Shown here: one piece after another, positions 10,107 to 19,036 of the stretch
How positions within the stretch are numbered: the stretch's first letter is position 1
How the letters are laid out: each line of letters begins with the position of its first letter
Origin: an uncultured delta proteobacterium
GTDB lineage: Bacteria; Desulfobacterota; Binatia; Binatales; Binataceae
Reading direction: 5' to 3'
DNA: 64,000 nt
NCBI GenBank assembly: GCA_963724765.1
Contig: CAVRVY010000003.1
Span: 1,536,001-1,600,000, forward strand
Translations under genes and position numbers: made by a program
Notes under the pieces: model-generated
Databases searched by the model: none
What the model was told of the DNA's origin: nothing
The model's input: the letters and a program-made list of their open reading frames with translations, nothing else

Positions 10107-11357
10107 ATGCATGACAAAGACAACGGGCACAACACGCGCAGTACAAATGACGGCGGTCTGCTCTCCGGACTTCGGGTGATCGACTGCGGAACCTACGTTG
10201 CCGGCCCAGCGGCCGCCACGATCATGTCCGACTTCGGCGCCGAGGTGATCAAAATCGAGCGCCCCGGTGGCGGCGACCTGTGGCGGCTTTTTTCGAAGCT
10301 CCCCGGCACGGCCAAGTCCGAACTCGATTGGTGCTGGGTCCTCACCAGCCGCAACAAGAAAAGTGTCGCGCTGGATCTGGGACGGCCCGAAGGACGCGAA
10401 GCGCTGCTTCGCCTGGTGGGCACGGCGGATGTCTTCCTCACCAACTACCAGAGAACGCTGCTCGAGAAATTCCACCTGACTTGGGAGGACCTTGCGCCTG
10501 TCAACGACCGGCTAGTCTACGCGCACCTGACCGGCTACGGTGACGCGGGCGACGACGCAGATGACCCGGCGTTCGACGCGCTGGCGTACTGGGCACGCTC
10601 GGGTCTGATGACGAGCGTGACGGGGATCGACGGTTCGCCCAGCGGACCTCGGCCGGGGATGGGCGATCATCCAACCTCGATGTCGCTGTTCGGGGCGATC
10701 ATGCTGGGCCTTTACCGGCGCGAGCGCACCGGGCGCGGATCCAGGGTTAGTACATCTTTGCTGGCGAGCGGGGCGTGGGCCAACGCGTGCGACATTCAGG
10801 CCAAGCTCTTGAACGCGAAATTTCCCGAGCGCGGCGAGGGCAAGCATCCACCCAACCCGCTCACGGCTGTGTACCTCAGCCACGACGGCAAGATGTTTCT
10901 CCTCGTGCTAATCGATCCGGACAACGAGTTTCCGCGCCTGTGCCAAGCTTTCGGCCAGCCTGAACTCGGCACGGGCGAGTTGTTTGGAAGCAACGCCGAC
11001 CGCGATCAAAACGCGGCGGCGCTGTATGCAATCCTGCAGTCGCAGTTCGAATCGCGCGACCTGGCGGAGTGGAAAACGATCTTCAAATGCAACGACATCA
11101 AATGGGCGCCGCTGCCCAGGCTCGACGACGTCGTGCAGGATCCCCAGATGCGCGCGGCCGAGGCGTTCGTGAAGATGGATTATCCCGGGGCCGGTGTGCT
11201 GGAGACGGTGAACAGCCCGCTTTTCGTCTCCGGCGTGGAAAAACGGAAGCCCACGGCGGCGGCGGAGGTCGGCGCGCACACGCGCGAGGTACTGCAGGAA
11301 CTCGGGTATAGCGCGGAGGCAATCGAATCGATAGTGCGCGATGGCGCTCGGCGCTAG
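10107..11357 (+). CDS. CaiB/BaiF (class III) CoA-transferase
   Basis: LSGLRVID...AGP...DFGAEVIKIERPGGGD, RNKKSVALDL, catalytic Asp in GMGDH; GGAG RBS before ATG 10107. Confidence 0.92.
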   Translation: MHDKDNGHNTRSTNDGGLLSGLRVIDCGTYVAGPAAATIMSDFGAEVIKIERPGGGDLWRLFSKLPGTAKSELDWCWVLTSRNKKSVALDLGRPEGREALLRLVGTADVFLTNYQRTLLEKFHLTWEDLAPVNDRLVYAHLTGYGDAGDDADDPAFDALAYWARSGLMTSVTGIDGSPSGPRPGMGDHPTSMSLFGAIMLGLYRRERTGRGSRVSTSLLASGAWANACDIQAKLLNAKFPERGEGKHPPNPLTAVYLSHDGKMFLLVLIDPDNEFPRLCQAFGQPELGTGELFGSNADRDQNAAALYAILQSQFESRDLAEWKTIFKCNDIKWAPLPRLDDVVQDPQMRAAEAFVKMDYPGAGVLETVNSPLFVSGVEKRKPTAAAEVGAHTREVLQELGYSAEAIESIVRDGARR

Positions 11358-11507
11358 GGCAAAATCGTCGCGGTGACGCCATTACCGCCGCGGACGATAG
11401 TGGGATAAGCTGGAAGGTAGGTTTCTCGGCAACTGAGGAACGTAAAGGCTAAGCGAAAGCACAGCGATTCCTTCGCACAAGATCGCTAAAGGAGCGGAAA
11501 AGATAAG

Positions 11508-12860
11508 ATGCATTTCATGTGGTTTACGGAACGGGCGTACCATTATGATCCTGAGGTCGACCCGGCCAAGTATCATGCGCTGGAGAATCAGATCGTTGGA
11601 CTGCGCAGCTTCTTCAACACCCCCAACCGTTTTTTCGAGCGCGAGCACGGAGCGAAACTGCTCAACCAATACCTCGACGAGAAGATTTACACGGACTCCG
11701 AGCTGATGAGCTTCGACGGCGTGATGCTCAACGAGCATCATGGCACGCCGTTTTGCCTCGGTGCCGTGATGGATGTCGAAGCTTCCATCCTCGCCAAGAC
11801 CACCAAGCGGCTGAAGATGGTCCTGCTCGGCAATCCCGTCGCCACCGTCGCCAATCCGCTGCGCCTGGCGGAAGAACTGGCGATGATCGATCTCATCTCG
11901 GGCGGACGCCTGGTCTCCGGATGGGTGCGCGGCGCCGGTTCCGAGCAGTTCGCCAACAACACCAACCCGGCGCTCAACCGCGAACTGTTCGAGGAAGGCG
12001 TCGATTTCATCGTCAAGGCGTGGACCACGCCGGGCCCATTTCGCTACGAGGGCAAGCACTACAACTTCCGCAACGTGAACCCCTGGGTGCTGCCGCTGCA
12101 ACGGCCGCATCCGCCGTTCTGGATCCCGGGCCTGGTGAGTCCCGACACCGCCTTTTGGTGCGCCCGCAAGCGCTATCCGTACGTCGCCCTGGCCACGAGG
12201 CTGCAGCCGACGCTGGAGCTCTGGGACTTCTATGCGAAGGCGGCTGCGCAGGAGGGTTATCAGGCGGGGCCGGAGAATTTCGGCTACTTGCAGCCGGTGG
12301 TGGTGGCCGATACGCAGGAGCGAGCGGAGGAACTGGGCAAACGGATTCTTTTCGGCGGCGCCTTTGCGCACTTTGCTCGGCCGGAATGGATGTTCCCTCC
12401 GGGATACAATTCCAAGGCCGCAACCAAGCGTCTGGCCGAGTCGAATTTCGGCGCCAACGCCGCGGCCAAGTCGCTTTACGGCGAGGGCGGCAACAACGAG
12501 TCCGAAGAACAGATCGAAGCCGTCAAGAAACACATCTATGACGGCTATCCGGACGTCCTGAAGGACTACGTAATGATCGCCGGCACGCCTGACAACGTGA
12601 TTCCCAAGCTCAATAAAGTGCTCGACGTCCTGCGCCCGGGCATCTTTTCGTTCTGGCTCGACGGACCGGTCCCGGCCAAGGACCGGATGCGATGCCTGGA
12701 ATTGCTCAACCGCGACGTGATTCCGGCCATGCGCGACTACGGCAAGACGATCGGATTGGTCGATCCATTCCAGCGCGCTCCGGGTTCGCGCCCGTTGCGT
12801 CCGGGGGTTGCACCAGAGCCGGTGAGCAATGCCGACGCGCTCGCGTCGATGACGGCCTGA
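11508..12860 (+). CDS. Luciferase-like (LLM class) flavin-dependent oxidoreductase
   Basis: LNEHH, NPLRLAEELAMIDLISGGRL, PLQRPHPP; AAGGAG upstream. Confidence 0.9.
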   Translation: MHFMWFTERAYHYDPEVDPAKYHALENQIVGLRSFFNTPNRFFEREHGAKLLNQYLDEKIYTDSELMSFDGVMLNEHHGTPFCLGAVMDVEASILAKTTKRLKMVLLGNPVATVANPLRLAEELAMIDLISGGRLVSGWVRGAGSEQFANNTNPALNRELFEEGVDFIVKAWTTPGPFRYEGKHYNFRNVNPWVLPLQRPHPPFWIPGLVSPDTAFWCARKRYPYVALATRLQPTLELWDFYAKAAAQEGYQAGPENFGYLQPVVVADTQERAEELGKRILFGGAFAHFARPEWMFPPGYNSKAATKRLAESNFGANAAAKSLYGEGGNNESEEQIEAVKKHIYDGYPDVLKDYVMIAGTPDNVIPKLNKVLDVLRPGIFSFWLDGPVPAKDRMRCLELLNRDVIPAMRDYGKTIGLVDPFQRAPGSRPLRPGVAPEPVSNADALASMTA

Positions 12861-12877
12861 ACCGGAATTCGCGCAAA

Positions 12878-12914
12878 ACCCTGGGCCGGACTGCCATCCG
12901 GCTCGGCCCAGGGT
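12878..12914. terminator. 11-bp inverted repeat between the LLM gene and xmoC (terminator or processing hairpin)
   Basis: ACCCTGGGCCG-N15-CGGCCCAGGGT, 17 nt after the LLM stop. There is no U-tract on the plus strand. Confidence 0.5.
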
Positions 12915-12994
12915 CCAACCCGTTCGCCCTGCGCTAGCTGCGTAACATCGCCCTCGCGCCTCAAAAAACCCTCGTTCTCCGAGGACTCCGCCTG

Positions 12995-13023
12995 TTGACC
13001 GCGGATGAAAATCGGTCTACACG
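12995..13023 (+). promoter_or_regulatory. Possible sigma70 promoter for xmoC, overlapped by a GACCG-N11-CGGTC inverted repeat
   Basis: TTGACC-N17-TACACG about 40 nt upstream of the ATG; the -10 is imperfect. Confidence 0.35.
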
Positions 13024-13061
13024 GGCATAAGTGAAAGTAAACTTTTCGGCGAGGTCTGCTT

Positions 13062-13862
13062 ATGAGCTCTTCGGAAGAGGTGGCGGCCGGGCGTGCTCCT
13101 ACTGACTGGCTCGTCGGCTGGAAAACTCTATTTGTCGCATGCGGCCTGCTAATGGCCTGCAACGTTTTCCTTTGGGTCTGGGATTACAACTACGCGTTTA
13201 CGGCGGGACTTGATTCCTCGAGCCGCGCCTTCACGCTTCACTACCGCACGCTGTTCTGGGGTGAGCTGCTGAGCGTGGGGGCATTTGCCGGCCTGTGGTA
13301 CGGATGGCTGATGCGGACCGGCCGCAGTCTCGTGGGCGAGGCGGTGGCGCCCGCCGAAGAGGTGCGGCGCGTTGTGGTGCTGTGGGGAATTATCGGAGTT
13401 ACCAGCCTCTCGATCTACATCGAGGCGAGCTTCTGGCCCAACTGGGACGGCGCGTGGCATCAGACGATGGTGCGCGATACCGCGCTCACCCCGACCCACA
13501 TTCCGATGTTCTACTTCTTCTTCCCGATGTCGGTGGTGCTGGCCCTGGGAGCGTACCTGTACGGGCGCTTTCGGATTCCCGCGGTCTACGGCGGCGAGAA
13601 GGGATTCCCGTGGTCTTTCTTTTTGTTGATCGCGGCCGCGGTTCTCGAATTCGTGGAGGTCGCCTTCAACGAATGGGGTCACAGTCTCTGGATGTCAGAG
13701 GAATTCTTCTCGGTGCCCTTCCATTGGCCTTTTGTCATTTATGGATGGCTGGCGGGTGGGATGTTCGCGGTGTGGGGCGAAACCATCCTCTATCTCTTCC
13801 AGATAGAAAAGAGGGCGCGAGCGGTGGAAGAACTCCCGACCCATACGGCTGCCGCCGGCTAA
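13062..13862 (+). CDS. xmoC: Copper membrane monooxygenase subunit C (PmoC/AmoC family)
   Basis: DGAWHQTMVRDTALTPTH (CuC Asp/His/His) and NEWGH-x13-H (CuD Asn/His/His); multiple TM helices. Confidence 0.95.
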   Translation: MSSSEEVAAGRAPTDWLVGWKTLFVACGLLMACNVFLWVWDYNYAFTAGLDSSSRAFTLHYRTLFWGELLSVGAFAGLWYGWLMRTGRSLVGEAVAPAEEVRRVVVLWGIIGVTSLSIYIEASFWPNWDGAWHQTMVRDTALTPTHIPMFYFFFPMSVVLALGAYLYGRFRIPAVYGGEKGFPWSFFLLIAAAVLEFVEVAFNEWGHSLWMSEEFFSVPFHWPFVIYGWLAGGMFAVWGETILYLFQIEKRARAVEELPTHTAAAG

Positions 13863-13911
13863 GCGGCGCAAACTGCTCTTCTCAAATCCTGGCGTCTCGC
13901 GCGAGGGAAGC

Positions 13912-14709
13912 ATGGCGACAGCACCATCGTTAGCCGCAGCCGCGGCGGCCGAGAAGCAACGCAGGCTCGCGCTGCGCGACCTGCTCAACGCGAAATATCA
14001 ATGGATCGATCGCACCTGGGACGCGGTCTTCTGGATCACGGCCATCTTCGTCGTTGCCGGGGCGGCGGACATCACGCGGCTGCTGTTCGCCGGCGATTGG
14101 GATTTCTGGACTGATTGGAAAGATCCGCAATGGTGGCCGGTGGTGACCGCCTTCGCCACCATCATCATTCCTTCCGCACTCCAATACATTCAGTGGGCCG
14201 CCTGGCGGTTCCCCACCGGCGCGACGTACACGTGCGTGTGCCTTTTCATGGCCTCGTGGATCGGGCGCTACTTCCAATGGCACGTGGCCGAAAGCTATCC
14301 AATGAACTTCATATGGCCGATATCGACGATTCCGGCGGCCATAATTCTTGACTGGCTATTGATGAGAACGAAAAGTTTCGTACTGACATCGCTTTTCGGC
14401 GGAGGGATTTGGGCCGTGATGGTGTGGAGCTTCAACTATATCCCGCTCGCGCCATTCCTTCAGCCGATGCAATTCATGCATCACATTCTCACGGTTGCCG
14501 ACGTCCAGGGCATCGTTTACATCCGCACCCAGACGCCCGAATACATGCGGCATATTGAACGCGGCGCGCTGCGCAGCTTTCTCGGCGAGACCCAGTACGT
14601 GTCGCTGCTGTTTGGCGGCACGATGGCGATGGTCGGTTATTGGATCGGCCAGTTCATCGGGCGATACCTCGCCGTGTGGCCGATTGGCAGATACATCAAG
14701 ACCGTCTGA
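13912..14709 (+). CDS. xmoA: Copper membrane monooxygenase subunit A (PmoA/AmoA family)
   Basis: AGDWDFWTDWKDPQWWPVVT, RFPTGAT, YPMNFIWP, YIRTQTPEYMRHIERGALRSF. Confidence 0.96.
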   Translation: MATAPSLAAAAAAEKQRRLALRDLLNAKYQWIDRTWDAVFWITAIFVVAGAADITRLLFAGDWDFWTDWKDPQWWPVVTAFATIIIPSALQYIQWAAWRFPTGATYTCVCLFMASWIGRYFQWHVAESYPMNFIWPISTIPAAIILDWLLMRTKSFVLTSLFGGGIWAVMVWSFNYIPLAPFLQPMQFMHHILTVADVQGIVYIRTQTPEYMRHIERGALRSFLGETQYVSLLFGGTMAMVGYWIGQFIGRYLAVWPIGRYIKTV

Positions 14710-14728
14710 GCGAGGCGCGGGCACAGCG

Positions 14729-14965
14729 ATGCGAACCGTCTTTCGTTGCTTACGCGCCGTCGTGGTCGCGCTCCTGTGGACCAGCGTATTTGCCGCCAGC
14801 GCCTATGCGCATGGTGGAATCGCCGGGCCCGACGAGCTTGGCCCGCCGGTAATCACCTCGGCCGTGCTCGGCATCGGTGGCTACTGGTTGATGTTGCTGT
14901 GGCCGTCGCGCCGCCGTCCGGTGGTCAGCAAAAAAAACAAGCCGATGCGTAACGTGATGAAGTAG
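14729..14965 (+). CDS. 78-aa membrane-anchored mini-protein between xmoA and xmoB, predicted mature N-terminus HGG
   Basis: Signal peptide ending SAYA|HGGIAGPDELGPP, then one TM helix and a basic tail. It fills the A-B gap (19 nt after xmoA, 42 nt before xmoB). Confidence 0.75.
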   Translation: MRTVFRCLRAVVVALLWTSVFAASAYAHGGIAGPDELGPPVITSAVLGIGGYWLMLLWPSRRRPVVSKKNKPMRNVMK

Positions 14966-15007
14966 CGGACTTGCAGGCGGATTTTCCACGCCATACGGGG
15001 AGGCGGA

Positions 15008-16258
15008 ATGCGAATGCGATTTCCGGCTGTTCTGTCAGCGGCTCTCTTCCTGCTCACAGCATCCTATGCGCCACGCGCTTTCGCGCACGGCGAAGCGGCG
15101 GACGAGCCGTTCCTCAAGGATCTCACCGTCGCCTTCTATGACGTGCACATCTCGCCTACCACGATCAAAGTAGGTGAGCCGGTCACGATCACTGGAGCGG
15201 TGAAAATTCTCGAGACCTGGCCATATACGCTCGATCCGCCGCAAACCGCGTACATCACGCCGGTCGTTCCGGGCCCGGTCTTCGCGCTCATCAACCGGGA
15301 GATTAATGGGACCGCGGCGCCGGGCTCGATCCTGGTCGACAAGGGCGGCACTTATCATTTCAAAATGGTGATCGAGGGGCGCGACCCCGGAAACTGGCAC
15401 GTGCATCCGGGAATCGCTATACAGGGCACCGGGACTCTCATCGGCCCGGGCGAGTGGGTCACGGTTGAGCGGGGGGCCGCGCCCTTCAAAATGGACGTGA
15501 CGCTGCTCACTGGCCAAACCGTCAATCTGGAGCATTACGGCGGCAGTTTCGTATGGTGGTGGTCATTCGCCGGGTTCCTGATCGGCATGATCTGGATGAT
15601 CTATTGGACCGTTCCCAAACGTACCGTTACCCGTCTCGCGGTGACCACACAAATACCGGTCAACGACGACGCTCCCGACATCGGACTCATCACCCCGCGC
15701 GACCACATGTGGATGGACGTGCTCGCCGGTGCGACGATCGCGATGCTGGTCGTCGGCTGGATCTACATGGCAGTGAAGTTTCCCGTGCGGTTGCCGCAGC
15801 AGACGGTGCGCTTTGCGCCCGAGGTCATCGATTCCACCACTCATTCGGTCCAGGTGATGAAAGCCGATTCCACCTACGACGATCGGACCGATACGCTGTT
15901 GATAAACCTCGCGGTCAGGAATACCGGGACCGTTGCGTTAAGCCTGAAGCAATACATCATGGCGATGGCCACGTTCGTCAATGGCGACAAGAAAGAACAG
16001 GAAAAGGCCGGACCGGCGCACTACGTCGGGCGCATGCAGGTCGAGCCCGACGCTCCGATCGAGCCCGGACAGACCGCGAAGGTGCAATTGAAGATAAGTA
16101 GTCCGCTGTTCGATGAAGAGCGGCTCATCCCGCTGCACGACCCGCAGGAGCGTATCGCGGGGCTGCTGCGCTTTACCGGTCCGCAGGGTCACGAGGACCT
16201 GGTTACCCTGCATACCGATCTCGTGCCAACGGAGTTCCGCCCGCAGTATTTGCCTTAG
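15008..16258 (+). CDS. xmoB: Copper membrane monooxygenase subunit B (PmoB/AmoB family)
   Basis: Signal AFA|HGE, WHVHP (CuB His triad), GTLIGPGEWV, two central TMs, C-terminal cupredoxin-like domain (PIEPGQT...ERL...AGLLRF); GGAGG RBS. Confidence 0.96.
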   Translation: MRMRFPAVLSAALFLLTASYAPRAFAHGEAADEPFLKDLTVAFYDVHISPTTIKVGEPVTITGAVKILETWPYTLDPPQTAYITPVVPGPVFALINREINGTAAPGSILVDKGGTYHFKMVIEGRDPGNWHVHPGIAIQGTGTLIGPGEWVTVERGAAPFKMDVTLLTGQTVNLEHYGGSFVWWWSFAGFLIGMIWMIYWTVPKRTVTRLAVTTQIPVNDDAPDIGLITPRDHMWMDVLAGATIAMLVVGWIYMAVKFPVRLPQQTVRFAPEVIDSTTHSVQVMKADSTYDDRTDTLLINLAVRNTGTVALSLKQYIMAMATFVNGDKKEQEKAGPAHYVGRMQVEPDAPIEPGQTAKVQLKISSPLFDEERLIPLHDPQERIAGLLRFTGPQGHEDLVTLHTDLVPTEFRPQYLP

Positions 16259-16276
16259 TGCTGAACGAGGAGAGAC

Positions 16277-16822
16277 GTGAAGATCAAGCGACGCGAGTTC
16301 CTGCACAAGAGCGCGCTGGTGGTCGCCGGCGTATCGGCAGCGGCCGCTGGTGTTACGGTCACCGGCTTTGCCGCCGAATGGACTTCGAAATTAAAGACCC
16401 TGAATGCACACGAGGCTGAAACGCTGCTCAAGATGGCGCGGCAGATCTTCCCGCACGACCGCCTCGGCGATAGCTACTATATAAAAGTAGTTGATGACCT
16501 CGATGCGGAGGCGGCAAGCAAGCCCGCCACCGCCAGAATGATAAGCGCAGGAGTAGCTAATCTGGATCATTTGGCGAAAGGCGAATTTGCCGCCCAACCC
16601 GCCAGCGATCAAATCGCCGCGCTCAAGAAAATTCAGCATACGCCGTTTTTCGAGAAGGTCCGCAGCACCGAGCTGGTTTCGCTGTACAATAACGAGGACG
16701 TTTGGAAGGTCTTCGGCTACCAGGGCGCCTCCTACCGTTTCGGCGGTTACCTGCATCACGGCTTCAACGACCTGAATTGGCTGCCGGAACCACCCGAAGC
16801 GGCAAGCCCGAAACCGGGCTGA
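16277..16822 (+). CDS. Tat-exported small (gamma/hitchhiker) subunit of a GMC dehydrogenase, gluconate 2-dehydrogenase subunit 3-like
   Basis: Twin-arginine KRREFL signal, IFPHD, LYNNEDVWKVFGYQG...GGYLHHGFNDLNWLP; GAGGAG RBS 18 nt after xmoB. Confidence 0.85.
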   Translation: MKIKRREFLHKSALVVAGVSAAAAGVTVTGFAAEWTSKLKTLNAHEAETLLKMARQIFPHDRLGDSYYIKVVDDLDAEAASKPATARMISAGVANLDHLAKGEFAAQPASDQIAALKKIQHTPFFEKVRSTELVSLYNNEDVWKVFGYQGASYRFGGYLHHGFNDLNWLPEPPEAASPKPG

Positions 16823-16837
16823 ACGGAGAGTTGCATC

Positions 16838-18406
16838 GTGGCTCGATTCGATTCGAATGACGATTCCGTCGTGGTAATCATCGGTTCGGGAGCGGGCGGA
16901 GGCACGCTGGCGAACGAGCTCTGTCACAAGGGCTTCAAGGTGGTGATGCTCGAGGCGGGGCAGCGTCAGTCGCCGCAGACCTTTCACAACGACGAGTGGT
17001 TCGCATTCAAGCAACTAGCCTGGCTCGATAAGCGCACCACCTCGGGGACCTGGCGGGTAGCGAAGGACTTCCCCAACCTGCCGGCCTGGACCTGCAAGAC
17101 GGTTGGTGGAACGACCGTGCACTGGGCGGGCGCGTCGTTGCGCTTTCAGGAGCACGAATTCAAGACCAAGACCACCTATTCAAGTGTCAGCGGTGCGAAC
17201 CTTCTCGACTGGCCGATAAGCCTCGCGGAATTGGCGCCTTACTACGCCAAGGCCGAGGATAAGATGGGCGTGACGCGGACTAATGATATTCCGGGACTCC
17301 CGGGGAATAACAATTTCAAGGTAATGTATAATGGTGCCACGCGTGTAGGGTATAAGACTGTGCACACCGGGCGCATGGCGATTAATAGCCGGCCCCGCGA
17401 CCGCCGTTCGTCCTGCTGGCAACTCGGATTTTGTTTCCAGGGCTGCAAGTCGGGAGCGAAGTGGTCAACTCTCTACACCGAAATTCCGAAGGCCGAGTCC
17501 ACTGGTAAGCTCGATTTGCGGCCCGGGTCCTACGCGCTCCAGATTCAGCATGACGCCAATGGCAAAGCGACCGGCGTGCTGTACGCCGATAAGGACGGCA
17601 AACATGTCGTGCAGAAGGCGCGCATCGTGTGCGTGGCCTGCAATTCGATCGAAAGCGCGCGGCTCCTGCTCAACTCGGCCTCGTCCACGTTCCCGCACGG
17701 GCTCGCCAATTCATCCGGCCAGGTCGGCAGAAACTACATGCGGCATACGACCGGCTCCGTCTACGCCATTTTCGACAAGCCGGTCCATATGTATCGTGGT
17801 ACCGTGATGGCCGGAATCATCACCGACGAAGCCGAGTTGAATACCAAGCGCGGGTTTGCCGGCGGTTTCGAGATGGAGACCATCTCGCTCGGACTGCCGT
17901 TCGCGGCCGCGTTCCTGGATCCGGGAGCCTGGGGACGCGACTATTCGAGCATGCTTGAGCAGTATCCCAACATGGCTGGGTTGTGGATCGTGGGCGAGGA
18001 CATGCCGCAGGCGACCAACGCCGTGACGCTCCATCCGACGGTAAAGGACCAGTGGGGTCTCCCGATTCCGAACGTGCACTACGACGATCATCCCAACGAC
18101 GTCGCCATGCGCAACTACGGATACAAGCAGGGCGCTGCGGTGTACAATGCCGTTGGGGCGATCAAGACCATCGCGGTCCCGCCGTATCCTTCGACGCATA
18201 ACCTGGGCACGTGCCGTATGAGCGAGCGCCCCGGCGACGGCGTCTGCAATAAGTGGGGCCAGACTCACGACGTGAAAAATCTGTTCATTTCCGACGGCAG
18301 CCAGTTCACGTCCAGTGGGGGCGAGAATCCCACGCTCACGATCGTCAGCCTGGCCATCAGGCAAGCCGATCGCATCGCCGCCGAGAGTGCGAAGCGGAAC
18401 CTCTAG
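16838..18406 (+). CDS. GMC family FAD oxidoreductase, catalytic subunit with a C-x5-C-x3-C motif
   Basis: IIGSGAGG, VGGTTVHWAG, CWQLGFCFQGC, GQVGRNYMRH, HNLGTCRM, ENPTLTI; no signal peptide of its own. Confidence 0.93.
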   Translation: MARFDSNDDSVVVIIGSGAGGGTLANELCHKGFKVVMLEAGQRQSPQTFHNDEWFAFKQLAWLDKRTTSGTWRVAKDFPNLPAWTCKTVGGTTVHWAGASLRFQEHEFKTKTTYSSVSGANLLDWPISLAELAPYYAKAEDKMGVTRTNDIPGLPGNNNFKVMYNGATRVGYKTVHTGRMAINSRPRDRRSSCWQLGFCFQGCKSGAKWSTLYTEIPKAESTGKLDLRPGSYALQIQHDANGKATGVLYADKDGKHVVQKARIVCVACNSIESARLLLNSASSTFPHGLANSSGQVGRNYMRHTTGSVYAIFDKPVHMYRGTVMAGIITDEAELNTKRGFAGGFEMETISLGLPFAAAFLDPGAWGRDYSSMLEQYPNMAGLWIVGEDMPQATNAVTLHPTVKDQWGLPIPNVHYDDHPNDVAMRNYGYKQGAAVYNAVGAIKTIAVPPYPSTHNLGTCRMSERPGDGVCNKWGQTHDVKNLFISDGSQFTSSGGENPTLTIVSLAIRQADRIAAESAKRNL

Positions 18407-18418
18407 CGGAAGCTCCAG

Positions 18419-19036
18419 ATGACGCGGCGCGTTTTCGGATTTCGCAGCGGCGCGTCGGCAGTTTGGATCGCCTCAGCGGCGATACTCATGCTGGCGCTTC
18501 CGTTCGCGGCGCGGGCTGAACTCGGCAAAGCCGCGGCGCGGGCGGTGGCGAGTCCTGCCGACGGCCTGCCAAAAGTAAGTCTTACAGACCAGAATGGCAG
18601 AGCGATCTCGCTTTCGTCATTGAAGGGCAAGCCGGCACTGGTCGCTTTTATCCACACCTCGTGCGAAGGGCCCTGCGAGCTGATCACTGCCGAGATGAAG
18701 TCGGTCGCGCGGAGCCTGGGGCCCAGCTTCAGGTCCGAAGTCACGATGGTCTCGATCACTACGGACCCCAAGGAGGACGGATCGCGCGAGCTGCTTGCCT
18801 ATGCCAAGGCGCAAGGAGTGGACGCCGACGGATGGGTGTTCCTGACCGGCGCGCCCGCAAAGATTCGCCGGCTCCTGGCCCTTTACGGCGTCTCGGCTGA
18901 AGACGACGACTCGGCCCACGTCCTGGAGCTGTTTCTGCTCAGCGCCGACGGCGTTGGATTACGCCGTTACAATGGTCTCGCGACACGTCCGGAAACGATC
19001 GCCTCGGATATCAGGAAAACCGTCTCGCTTCATTAG
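18419..19036 (+). CDS. SCO1/SenC family copper chaperone
   Basis: LTDQNG, FIHTSCEGPC (CxxxC), SITTDPKED, WVFLTG, conserved His (SAHV); N-terminal signal/anchor. Confidence 0.9.
   Translation: MTRRVFGFRSGASAVWIASAAILMLALPFAARAELGKAAARAVASPADGLPKVSLTDQNGRAISLSSLKGKPALVAFIHTSCEGPCELITAEMKSVARSLGPSFRSEVTMVSITTDPKEDGSRELLAYAKAQGVDADGWVFLTGAPAKIRRLLALYGVSAEDDDSAHVLELFLLSADGVGLRRYNGLATRPETIASDIRKTVSLH

Noticed and set aside
13062-16258. Calling the cluster methane or ammonia monooxygenase
   Set aside because: The sequence is strongly divergent and no methanol dehydrogenase or hao gene is in the window, so the substrate cannot be read from sequence.
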